This document shows positions 52,302 to 63,756 of a DNA stretch of 64,000 nucleotides, in pieces; position 1 is the first letter of the stretch; the number at the start of each line of letters is the position of its first letter. The notes under the pieces were generated by a model. It had not been told where the DNA came from. It saw only the letters and a program-made list of their open reading frames with translations, and did no database searches. Origin of the DNA: Eledone cirrhosa (lineage: Eukaryota); NCBI GenBank assembly GCA_964016885.1, contig OZ024760.1, positions 7,378,001 through 7,442,000 on the forward strand. The letters are read 5' to 3'. The translations under genes and the position numbers were made by a program.

Positions 52302-52463
52302 CTTGTCTTTCTTCAGACAACCCATCACTTGGTCAATGTTTGCTAACGACTCTTCCTTCACCAATTCAGTTGCCTGCAGTTTAGCAATCAATTCATTGAT
52401 CTCCTCTTTCTGTTTTTTAGAAACGTCATCCTGAAATGCCACATGATTCTGTAGTTCCTGGAT
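52302..52463 (-). CDS. GOLGB1: giantin-like exon
   Basis: acag|ATC acceptor. IQELQNHVAFQDDVSKKQKEEINELIAKLQATELVKEESLANIDQVMGCLKKDK. Donor AAG|GTAAAA, phase 0/0. Confidence 0.8.
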
Positions 52464-52974
52464 CTGTGGAAGAATATATCACAAGTTACCAAAATATACT
52501 GAACACTGAAAACATGACTGTCTACAAATTATAATATGGAGCACCCAGTTCACTCTGTAAAGTAGTCATGTTGGTACCCCGACAAAAAGCACCCAGTCCA
52601 CCCTGTAATATAGTTATGTTGGTACCCAGACAAAAAAAAACCCAGTCCACCTTGTAAAGTGGTCATGTTGGTACCCCTACAAAAAAAACCACCCAGTCTA
52701 CCTTGTAAAGTGGTAGTGCTGGTACCATGACAAAAAGCACCCAGTCCACCCTATAGTGTAGTTATGTTGGTACCCAAACAAAAAACACTCAGTCCACCCT
52801 GAAAGGTGATAGTGCTGGTGGCATGATAAAATACACCCAGTCCACTCTGCAAAGTAGTAGTGCTGGTGCCATGATAAAAGTAGTAGTAGTAGTAGCAGAA
52901 GTGACACTGGCCACATTCCAGGTTCAGCTTGTTGTGCCCTAGAATGCAGTGACAGCATGCAATGAAAATATGAC

Positions 52975-53010
<36 letters not shown>

Positions 53011-53348
53011 TGATTTCTAATTTAGGCTCAAGGCCAACAATTTTGAGATGAGGGGAAATTCAATTAAATCGACCCCAGTGTGTTATTGCTAATAATTGTT
53101 TCTACTTTTGGCACAAGGCCAGCAATTATCCCAGTGCATTACTGGTACTTTATTTTATCGACCCCGTAAGGGGACGAAAGGCAAAGTTAACCTCAGCGGG
53201 ATTTGAACTCAGACCGTAAAGGGACGTAACTTTGTGCTGCAAAGCATGTCATCCGACTCTCTACCGATACTGCCAATCCACCGCCTTACTGGTAATAATA
53301 ATAATAGAACATTTCTAAAAGAAAATAGTATTTAAAGCAAGACTTCAC

Positions 53349-53467
53349 CATTAGTTGTAGTCTGGAGTTTTCTTCTTCAAACGCTATATTTGGTTGTTTT
53401 TCATACTCAATCTTCAGTTGGAAGTCTTTGTTCAGTTTCTCAAGGTCACACTTCTCTTTCTCTAAAG
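53349..53467 (-). CDS. GOLGB1: giantin-like exon
   Basis: ctag|CT acceptor (phase 1). LEKEKCDLEKLNKDFQLKIEYEKQPNIAFEEENSRLQLM. Donor GTGAAG. Confidence 0.7.
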
Positions 53468-53813
53468 CTAGAAACAGATATAAAAATAGTGATAAATACT
53501 CTATGTAGAGACCAACCATTCCACCAACACATACGCAGATACACACAAAAAATTAAAAACAACACACACACTCACTCACATGTCCCCCTATTTCTAATCT
53601 CAGAACAATTGTACTCTCCTGATGAAAGATTAATGTCCGATATGTTTAACTTCTTCTTTCCTCTTTCATTTAACCCTTTAGCATTTAAACCAAACATATC
53701 TGGCCAGAATTCTCTCACCTCTTTCTGTTCAAATTGTCTGTAACTGGCCACTCGTACTGATGTTAAAGTATTGTTCTCAAAATAAATAATATCAAAATCT
53801 CATAGATTATATA

Positions 53814-54688
53814 TTATGTGAGATAATTATGTGGGGTAAAGCCTTTACTGTGAAAATACAATAGTATATATAGAGTAATGTAAATGTTATGTGAGATAAT
53901 TATGTGGGGTAAAGCCTTTACTGTGAAAATACAATAGTATATATAGAGTAATGTAAATGTTATGTGAGATAATTATGTGGGGTAAAGCCTTTACTGTGAA
54001 AATACAATAGTATATATAGAGTAATGTAAATGTTATGTGAGATAATTATGTGGGGTAAAGCCTTTACTGTGAAAATACAATAGTATATATAGAGTAATGT
54101 AAATGTTATGTGAGATAATTATGTGGGGTAAAGCCTTTACTGTGAAAATACAATAGTATATATAGAGTAATGTAAATGTTATGTGAGATAATTATGTGGG
54201 GTAAAGCCTTTACTGTGAAAATACAATAGTATATATAGAGTAATGTAAATGTTATGTGAGATAATTATGTGGGGTAAAGCCTTTACTGTGAAAATACAAT
54301 AGTATATATAGAGTAATGTAAATGTTATGTGAGATAATTATGTGGGGTAAAGCCTTTACTGTGAAAATACAATAGTATATATAGAGTAATGTAAATGTTA
54401 TGTGAGATAATTATGTGGGGTAAAGCCTTTACTGTGAAAATACAATAGTATATATAGAGTAATGTAAATGTTATGTGAGATAATTATGTGGGGTAAAGCC
54501 TTTACTGTGAAAATACAATAGTATATATAGAGTAATGTAAATGTTATGTGAGATAATTATGTGGGGTAAAGCCTTTACTGTGAAAATACAATAGTATATA
54601 TAGAGTAATGTAAATGTTATGTGAGATAATTATGTGGGGTAAAGCCTTTACTGTGAAAATACAATAGTATATATAGAGTAATGTAAAT
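53814..54688. repeat. 73-bp tandem array (12 copies) inside a piggyBac-like MITE
   Basis: ttatgtgagataattatgtggggtaaagcc... period 73. MITE ends at about 53670 and 54700. Confidence 0.92.
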
Positions 54689-55090
54689 TCTAAACGGTTA
54701 AAGCATGAACCTAATAAAATTAATTATTTTTGTATCCCTGTGTTTGTCATTTTTTATAATTGTTTCTACTTTAGGCACAAGGCCAGCAATTACCCCCCCC
54801 CCCAGTGCATTACTGGTACTTTATTTTATCGACCCCGTAAGGATGAAAGGCAAAGTTAACCTCGGCAGGATTTGAACTCAGAAAGGCAAGTGATGATGGA
54901 GCTGATGATGATGATGGAGCTGATGATGATGATGGAGCTGATGATGATGATGATGGAGCTGATGATGATGATGATGGAGCTGATGATGATGATGGGGAGC
55001 GGATGGCGGTGGCGGCAGCAACGAAGATGTTTAACATTTAGTCTCAGGGCTGCTCTAAACCAGAACCAACAAACAAAGAAACCCTAGGCC

Positions 55091-55290
55091 NNNNNNNNNN
55101 NNNNNNNNNNNNNNNNNNNNNNNNNNNNNNNNNNNNNNNNNNNNNNNNNNNNNNNNNNNNNNNNNNNNNNNNNNNNNNNNNNNNNNNNNNNNNNNNNNNN
55201 NNNNNNNNNNNNNNNNNNNNNNNNNNNNNNNNNNNNNNNNNNNNNNNNNNNNNNNNNNNNNNNNNNNNNNNNNNNNNNNNNNNNNNNNNN
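55091..55290. other. assembly gap (200 N)
   Basis: N run. Confidence 1.
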
Positions 55291-56180
55291 TGATGATGAT
55301 GATGGCAATGACATCAACAACAACAACACCAACCAACACTACAATGGTGATGATGATGACATCAACAACAACAACACCAACCAACACTATGATGGTGATG
55401 ATGATGATAAGACATCAACAACAACAACACCAACCAACACTACAATGGTGATGATGATGATAAGACAACAACAACAACACCAACCAACACTACGATGGTG
55501 ATGATGATGACATCAACAACAACAACACCAACCAACACTACAATGGTGATGATGATGATAAGACAACAACAACAACACCAACCAACACTACGATGGTGAT
55601 GATGATGATGATAAGACATCAACAACAACAACACCAACCAACACTACAATGGTGATGATGATGACATCAACAACAACAACACCAACCAACACTACAATGG
55701 TGATGATGATGATAAGACAACAACAACAACACCAACCAACACTACGATGGTGATGATGATGATGATAAGACATCAACAACAACAACACCAACCAACACTA
55801 TGATGGTGATGATGATGATAAGACATCAACAACAACAACACCAACCAACACTACAATGGTGATGATGATGATGATAAGACATCAACAACAACAACACCAA
55901 CCAACACTATGATGGTGATGATGATGATAAGACATCAACAACAACAACACCAACCAACACTACAATGGTGATGATGATGATGATGACATCAACAACAACA
56001 ACACCAACCAACACTACAATGGTGATGATGATGATGATGACATCAACAACAACAACACCAACCAACACTATGATGGTGATGATGATGATGATAAGACCAA
56101 CAACAACACCAACCAACACTACAATGGTGATGATGATGGTGATGACATCAACAACAACAACACCAACCAACACTACAACA
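55291..56180. repeat. compound (GAT)/(CAA) minisatellite
   Basis: gatgatgataagacatcaacaacaacaacaccaaccaacactacaatggt units. Confidence 0.92.
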
Positions 56181-56191
56181 AAACAACTCAC

Positions 56192-56362
56192 AATTTCAAT
56201 TCTACTGGCCACCAGGTCGGCCTCCATCTTGGCAGTCTGTTGTCTCTCTCTCTGCAAATCCTCTGACATCTCGCTGCACTTCTGCTGCAGTTCAGTCAAC
56301 AGCAGCTTGTCCTCCACTGAATGTGCAACCACAATCTCTCCGTCAGCAAATGGAGTGCCATT
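56192..56362 (-). CDS. GOLGB1: giantin-like exon
   Basis: ccag|AAT acceptor. NGTPFADGEIVVAHSVEDKLLLTELQQKCSEMSEDLQRERQQTAKMEADLVASRIEI. Donor GTGAGT, phase 0. Confidence 0.78.
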
Positions 56363-56377
56363 CTGGAAAATATATCA

Positions 56378-56411
<34 letters not shown>

Positions 56412-56534
56412 CAACTACACCTCTCAAAGTCAATGACACACGACCGTGACTTCTGGCGTCACGCAGTAATACAGGGTACCCGACCTCCCATGCTGAAGCA
56501 TATAAACAATATGCCCCCCCCCACCCACCGCAAG

Positions 56535-56890
56535 GTGGCCGTGGAGGTGCCACGGCAAAAAAGCACCCAGCCCACACTGTAAAGTGGACGTGTAGGCGCC
56601 ACGAAAAAGCACCCAGCCCACACTGTAAAGTGGACGTGTAGGCGCCACGAAAAAGCACCCAGCCCACACTGTAAAGTGGACGTGTAGGCGCCACGAAAAA
56701 GCACCCAGCACTCACTGTAAATGAGGTTGGTGTTAGGAAGGGCATCCAGCTGTAGAAATCAAGCCAGATCAGTTCCTGTATGAGCAAGGCATGGTCAGCC
56801 GACCAGACACTGCCCACAACAGGACAACCCGTCTAACCCATGCTAGCGTGGAAGAACGGACGTAAAACGGTGATGATGATGATGATGATG
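56535..56890 (+). mobile_element. SINE 3' portion with an internal triplicated segment
   Basis: aaaagcacccagcccacactgtaaagtgg x3, then gtgttaggaagggcatccagctgtagaaa and a (GAT)n tail. Confidence 0.75.
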
Positions 56891-56903
56891 ATATATATAT
56901 ATA

Positions 56904-56963
<60 letters not shown>

Positions 56964-57171
56964 CTATATATAACAAAATTTGATATAGAAAAGGCTTCTA
57001 CAGGACTAGAACTGTTTCCTGATGATTTCCTTCGAATGAAAGAGTTCTAATCCTGTAGAAGCCTTTTCTATATTAAAGTTTGCTGTATACACTCTACTAA
57101 TGTATTGAGTACATTACTTAGTGTGGTTACCTCAGACTGAACTCGGGGGACACACATACACACACACATAT

Positions 57172-57225
<54 letters not shown>

Positions 57226-57234
57226 ATCTATATA

Positions 57235-57350
57235 TAACAAAATTTGATATAGAAAAGGCTTCTACAGGACTAGAACTGTTTCCTGATGATTTCCTTCGAA
57301 TGAAACAGTTCTAGTCCTGTAGAAGCCTTTTCTATATTAAAGTTTGTTGT
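57235..57350 (+). ncRNA. hairpin element with hammerhead-like core
   Basis: CTGATGA (57283)-tttccttcgaat-GAAAC-agttcta-GTC-ctgtagaag inside an inverted repeat. Tandem duplicate at about 56970-57085 and a relative at 10544..10619. Confidence 0.55.
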
Positions 57351-57641
57351 ATACACTCTACTAATGTATTGAGTACTGAGTACATTACTTACTGTGGTTA
57401 CCTCAGACTGAATTCGGGACACACACACACACACATATTTATATGTATGCATGTATGTATATATATATATATACGGGGTAACAAATAATTGTTATATCCA
57501 GTCCCCTTAGGTGTAGTCCAGTTATGGTATTCCGGGTAGTGGATGATATCAACGCTAGGCTTGGTTTGACTCAACAAGGCGTTTCCATAGTGATGTTGCG
57601 AGTATGCTGTAATTCCTATGTTGTAAACACTTGGAGTAATA

Positions 57642-57981
57642 ATAAATCAGGAAAGAAGATTGACATGGTTTGCAATACAAAAAAGGTTTTTAATCTCATT
57701 GCTGACAATTGTTTCTCTGAACTGGTAGGTCTAGAGATCGCTATTCGCTTGTTTTCACGTTACTCGATCGCCAATACAAAGTTATAACCAGTCAGTTCTT
57801 CGGAGCATGCGAGAATGCTCCGAAGAACTGACTGGTTATAATTTTGTATTGGCGATCGAGTAACGTGAAAACAAGCGAATAGTGATCTCTAGACCTACCA
57901 GTTCAGAGAAACAATTGTCAGCAATGAGATTAAAAACCTTTTTTGTATTGCAAACCATGTCAATCTTCTTTCCTGATTTAT
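57642..57981. repeat. long palindrome (about 167-bp arms), each arm holding a variant hammerhead fold
   Basis: Loop gcgaga. The ORF track shows the same peptide on both strands. tgct-CCGAAGA-a ctga ctggt...accag t tcag a-GAAAC-AATT-GTC-agca. Confidence 0.88.
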
Positions 57982-58755
57982 ATATAGAGAGAGAGGCTCG
58001 CTGAACACATAACCCGAAACTACTTGGCACCACAGTTGGGATCTTACATATCTCTATACCCACTCTGCATCTCCCCATGTATTGAGTACTACCATGATTA
58101 GTGGTCTTCCTGATCTCACCACCGCAGACTCTCTCTCTCTCTCTCTCTCTCATACACAAACACACACATAGTTGATTTCATCCAGAGAAAAAAAAGAGTG
58201 TATGTAATAAAGTGTAGGTGATAAAGAGATAAAGGGGAAGAGTCAACCCCAGTATTTGACTGGTACTTTTGTTTAATAACATCAAAAGTATAAAAGGGGA
58301 AGTTAACCTCAGTGGGATTTGAACTCAGAGTCGGAGACAACCAGAATGAATAGCACAAGCTATTCTCACGTTCAAACGACTCCTTTATAATTCATCCCTT
58401 TTATTCTAACCAAGACACCACCACCCCAACAAAAAAAAGAAGAAAAGAAGGGGAGATAATCCACGATCTACCGTAAATATTCAAATATAAGCCGAAGAAT
58501 TTATGACAAAAAAAAAAAAAAAAAAAAAAAAAAATCGATGGAGAAATGAGGTGGGTAGTAGCTTATATATGCCATCTAAAGAATGTGTATGGGGTTTGAA
58601 TTTTTGCCCATATCTCAGACGGAAAATTGGGGAGGGGCTGTCAGTTTATGTTTGGATTGGCTTATATTTGAGTATATACGGTATATGTAAGAAACTTTTG
58701 TTAAGTCATGCTCCAGACATCAGCTTATATTCAAGTATATACAGTAACTACTAAC

Positions 58756-58901
58756 CTGCTCTGTCTCTAGTGTTGAGGCCCTCTCTCGAAGGTAGACAAC
58801 TTCCTCATGAACAATCTTGAACTGGCCCTCCAGTTCCTGAATATAGGTCTGTAGCCCCACATTTTGATGTTCAGCTTCAGCCAGTCGCACTTTCATTTCC
58901 T
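58756..58901 (-). CDS. GOLGB1: giantin/GOLGB1-like golgin, most 5' visible exon (gene continues beyond the window)
   Basis: acag|AG acceptor. EMKVRLAEAEHQNVGLQTYIQELEGQFKIVHEEVVYLRERASTLETEQ (coiled coil). Donor CAG|GTTAGT, phase 0. Confidence 0.75.
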
Positions 58902-58951
58902 CTGTTAATTAATCAATACAAAAAAATTAAACATTAATAATATATATATAT

Positions 58952-59019
<68 letters not shown>

Positions 59020-59269
59020 TTAGGTTTCAAGGTTCACCACTGGATAGAGCTGGTCATTCCGTATGGTCAATCTTAATGTAATAATATGGAGAGTACTCAA
59101 CGTAAAGCAGCTCAACCGTCTTTGTTTGTGCAGTTGGTGGTGCGAGTACGGAGTTAAATATTATAATAAAATAACAGGAGGCTGGACTTGTGTAAATTTA
59201 CACAAGTCCAGCCTCCTGTCATTTTATTACAATATTATATATAGGAGTGAGGAGAAATTTGAATAGAGG

Positions 59270-59625
59270 TTCTTCTTCATCCACTTATTCCTGAGAGGGT
59301 CGTGGGACAGAGTCCTCAAACACTCCTTCCAAAGGATCCTATCAGAAGCAACTGTCTCGTCTCCAACTGATCCGGTTGGATGCCCTAGCTGAGATCAGCC
59401 AAGCTCATGGATGTTATCCAACCATCTTGCTCGAGGGCTACCCCTGGGTCACCTACCTGTTGGTTTTGCCTGTAAAATCTGTCAGCGATTCTTTCCTGAG
59501 ACATTCTAACCACAGGCCCATAGTATCGGAGCTGTGATCTCTCAATTCGGAGAAGTAGCGGCTCTACTTGGAGTGACTCTCTGATCTCCGAGCTATGCAC
59601 TTTATCAAGTAACGTTACTCGAAAG
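59270..59625 (-). mobile_element. RTE-type LINE 3' fragment
   Basis: RVTLLDKVHSSEIRESLQVEPLLLRIERSQLRYYGPVVRMSQER... A shorter copy of the same tail lies at 22010..22200. Confidence 0.8.
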
Positions 59626-59640
59626 ACACATTTACAGTGT

Positions 59641-62600
59641 GGTACTGGATGGCACCGATATGAGGAGGGACAGGCTAGTTGGCTGTGCTGAACCAATCTT
59701 ACAGGGGAACCATAGTTTGGGAGCATGGTACTGGATGGCACCGATATGAGGGGGAACAGGCTAGTTGGCTGTGCTGAACCAATCTTACAGAGGAACCATA
59801 GTTTGGGAGCATGGTACTGGATGGCACCGATATGAGGGGGAACAGGCTAGTTGGCTGTGCTGAACCAATCTTACAGGGGAACCATAGTTTGGGAGCATGG
59901 TACTGGATGGCACCGATATGAGGAGGAACAGGCTAGTTGGCTGTGCTGAACCAATCTTACAGTGGAACCATAGTTTGGGAGCATGGTACTGGATGGCACC
60001 GATATGAGGAGGAACAGGCTAGTTGGCTGTGCTGAACCAATCTTACAGAGGAACCATAGTTTGGGAGCATGGTACTGGATGGCACCGATATGAGGAGGAA
60101 CAGGCTAGTTGGCTGTGCTGAACCAATCTTACAGGGGAACCATAGTTTGGGAGCATGGTACTGGATGGCACCGATATGAGGGGGAACAGGCTAGTTGGCT
60201 GTGCTGAACCAATCTTACAGAGGAACCATAGTTTGGGAGCATGGTACTGGATGGCACCGATATGAGGAGGAACAGGCTAGTTGGCTGTGCTGAACCAATC
60301 TTACAGAGGAACCATAGTTTGGGAGCATGGTACTGGATGGCACCGATATGAGAAGGAACAGGCTAGTTGGCTGTGCTGAACCAATCTTACAGAGGAACCA
60401 TAGTTTGGGAGCATGGTACTGGATGGCACCGATATGAGGAGGAACAGGCTAGTTGGCTGTGCTGAACCAATCTTACAGAGGAACCATAGTTTGGGAGCAT
60501 GGTACTGGATGGCACCGATATGAGGGGGAACAGGCTAGTTGGCTGTGCTGAACCAATCTTACAGGGGAACCATAGTTTGGGAGCATGGTACTGGATGGCA
60601 CCGATATGAGGAGGAACAGGCTAGTTGGCTGTGCTGAACCAATCTTACAGAGGAACCATAGTTTGGGAGCATGGTACTGGATGGCACCGATATGAGGAGG
60701 AACAGGCTAGTTGGCTGTGCTGAACCAATCTTACAGGGGAACCATAGTTTGGGAGCATGGTACTGGATGGCACCGATATGAGGGGGAACAGGCTAGTTGG
60801 CTGTGCTGAACCAATCTTACAGTGGAACCATAGTTTGGGAGCATGGTACTGGATGGCACCGATATGAGGGGGAACAGGCTAGTTGGCTGTGCTGAACCAA
60901 TCTTACAGGGGAACCATAGTTTGGGAGCATGGTACTGGATGGCACCGATATGAGGGGGAACAGGCTAGTTGGCTGTGCTGAACCAATCTTACAGGGGAAC
61001 CATAGTTTGGGAGCATGGTACTGGATGGCACCGATATGAGGAGGAACAGGCTAGTTGGCTGTGCTGAACCAATCTTACAGGGGAACCATAGTTTGGGAGC
61101 ATGGTACTGGATGGCACCGATATGAGGAGGAACAGGCTAGTTGGCTGTGCTGAACCAATCTTACAGGGGAACCATAGTTTGGGAGCATGGTACTGGATGG
61201 CACCGATATGAGGGGGAACAGGCTAGTTGGCTGTGCTGAACCAATCTTACAGGGGAACCATAGTTTGGGAGCATGGTACTGGATGGCACCGATATGAGGG
61301 GGAACAGGCTAGTTGGCTGTGCTGAACCAATCTTACAGGGGAACCATAGTTTGGGAGCATGGTACTGGATGGCACCGATATGAGGGGGAACAGGCTAGTT
61401 GGCTGTGCTGAACCAATCTTACAGGGGAACCATAGTTTGGGAGCATGGTACTGGATGGCACCGATATGAGGGGGAACAGACTAGTTGGCTGTGCTGAACC
61501 AATCTTACAGGGGAACCATAGTTTGGGAGCATGGTACTGGATGGCACCGATATGAGGGGGAACAGGCTAGTTGGCTGTGCTGAACCAATCTTACAGGGGA
61601 ACCATAGTTTGGGAGCATGGTACTGGATGGCACCGATATGAGGAGGAACAGGCTAGTTGGCTGTGCTGAACCAATCTTACAGGGGAACCATAGTTTGGGA
61701 GCATGGTACTGGATGGCACCGATATGAGGGGGAACAGGCTAGTTGGCTGTGCTGAACCAATCTTACAGGGGAACCATAGTTTGGGAGCATGGTACTGGAT
61801 GGCACCGATATGAGGAGGAACAGGCTAGTTGGCTGTGCTGAACCAATCTTACAGGGGAACCATAGTTTGGGAGCATGGTACTGGATGGCACCGATATGAG
61901 GAGGAACAGGCTAGTTGGCTGTGCTGAACCAATCTTACAGGGGAACCATAGTTTGGGAGCATGGTACTGGATGGCACCGATATGAGGGGGAACAGGCTAG
62001 TTGGCTGTGCTGAACCAATCTTACAGGGGAACCATAGTTTGGGAGCATGGTACTGGATGGCACCGATATGAGGGGGAACAGGCTAGTTGGCTGTGCTGAA
62101 CCAATCTTACAGGGGAACCATAGTTTGGGAGCATGGTACTGGATGGCACCGATATGAGGGGGAACAGGCTAGTTGGCTGTGCTGAACCAATCTTACAGGG
62201 GAACCATAGTTTGGGAGCATGGTACTGGATGGCACCGATATGAGGGGGAACAGGCTAGTTGGCTGTGCTGAACCAATCTTACAGGGGAACCATAGTTTGG
62301 GAGCATGGTACTGGATGGCACCGATATGAGGAGGAACAGGCTAGTTGGCTGTGCTGAACCAATCTTACAGGGGAACCATAGTTTGGGAGCATGGTACTGG
62401 ATGGCACCGATATGAGGAGGAACAGGCTAGTTGGCTGTGCTGAACCAATCTTACAGGGGAACCATAGTTTGGGAGCATGGTACTGGATGGCACCGATATG
62501 AGGGGGAACAGGCTAGTTGGCTGTGCTGAACCAATCTTACAGGGGAACCATAGTTTGGGAGCATGGTACTGGATGGCACCGATATGAGGGGGAACAGGCT

Positions 62601-63077
62601 AGTTGGCTGTGCTGAACCAATCTTACAGTGGAACCATAGTTTGGGAGCATGGTACTGGATGGCACCGATATGAGGAGGAACAGGCTAGTTGGCTGTGCTG
62701 AACCAATCTTACAGGGGAACCATAGTTTGGGAGCATGGTACTGGATGGCTCCGATATGAGAAGGAACAGGCTAGTTGGCTGTGCTGAACCAATCTTACAG
62801 GGGAACCATAGTTTGGGAGCATGGTACTGGATGGCACCGATATGAGAAGGAACAGGCTAGTTGGCTGTGCTGAACCAATCTTACAGGGGAACCATAGTTT
62901 GGGAGCATGGTACTGGATGGCACCGATATGAGGAGGAACAGGCTAGTTGGCTGTGCTGAACCAATCTTACAGGGGAACCATAGTTTGGGAGCATGGTACT
63001 GGATGGCACCGATATGAGGAGGAACAGGCTAGTTGGCTGTGCTGAACCAATCTTACAGGGGAACCATAGTTTGGGAG
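59641..63077. repeat. 86-bp tandem array, about 40 copies (giantin intron)
   Basis: ggtactggatggcaccgatatgag..gaaccatagtttgggagcat, period 86. Confidence 0.96.
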
Positions 63078-63159
63078 CCGCAACCACATTTACAGAGTGG
63101 ATCTGGATATATATATACAATATATTAATAAATGGAAACTATATTTATAAAACCATAAT

Positions 63160-63224
63160 TATTTTATAATATATGTTTCAAGGGCAACCAAGGCAGTCTT
63201 GGTGCACTTTCATCAGATAAAATA
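63160..63224 (-). ncRNA. type I hammerhead ribozyme (near-canonical)
   Basis: Minus strand: tattttat-CTGATGA-aagtgcaccaag(actgc)cttggttgccctt-GAA-AC-atat-AT-T-ataaaata. 8-bp stem I, about 11-bp stem II, short palindromic stem III with one C/A mismatch. Confidence 0.7.
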
Positions 63225-63382
63225 CAAAATTTGTTTTATATATATTGAAATATATATAATAAAATAATTATGGCTTTATAAATATAGTTTCCATTTATTA
63301 ATATATTGAATATTTACTCCAGTAACTCTTGAGTGCTCTATATCAGTTATAAACCTTTAAGTTTGTTGGAATCCCAACAAAT

Positions 63383-63419
<37 letters not shown>

Positions 63420-63489
63420 ATATACACACATAAAAGGCAGGAGATGCTTCATTTTAGTTCATATATATTTTTCTTAAGTGTATATCTAC

Positions 63490-63525
<36 letters not shown>

Positions 63526-63691
63526 AGAAATTGTAACATCATTACCATAACAGAAGTCCAACGACCATTTGATACCAGAGTCAGGCCAGATCAATACAGA
63601 TTGAACCTTGAGCTGATCAATAATGAAACGTGCGTCACACCTCAATAAATGTAATGAAGATCTAACACTTTGTCCTTTTTATTATTATTAG

Positions 63692-63756
<65 letters not shown>

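Noticed and set aside
53615-53650. CTGATGA..TCCGATATGTT hammerhead-like remnant (similar weak cases near 4505, 10775 and 63778)
   Set aside because: The GAAA or CUGANGA core is mutated and stems are too short to distinguish from chance by eye
59641-63077. Possible CRISPR-like array
   Set aside because: Head-to-tail near-identical units with no unique spacers, eukaryotic context and no cas genes
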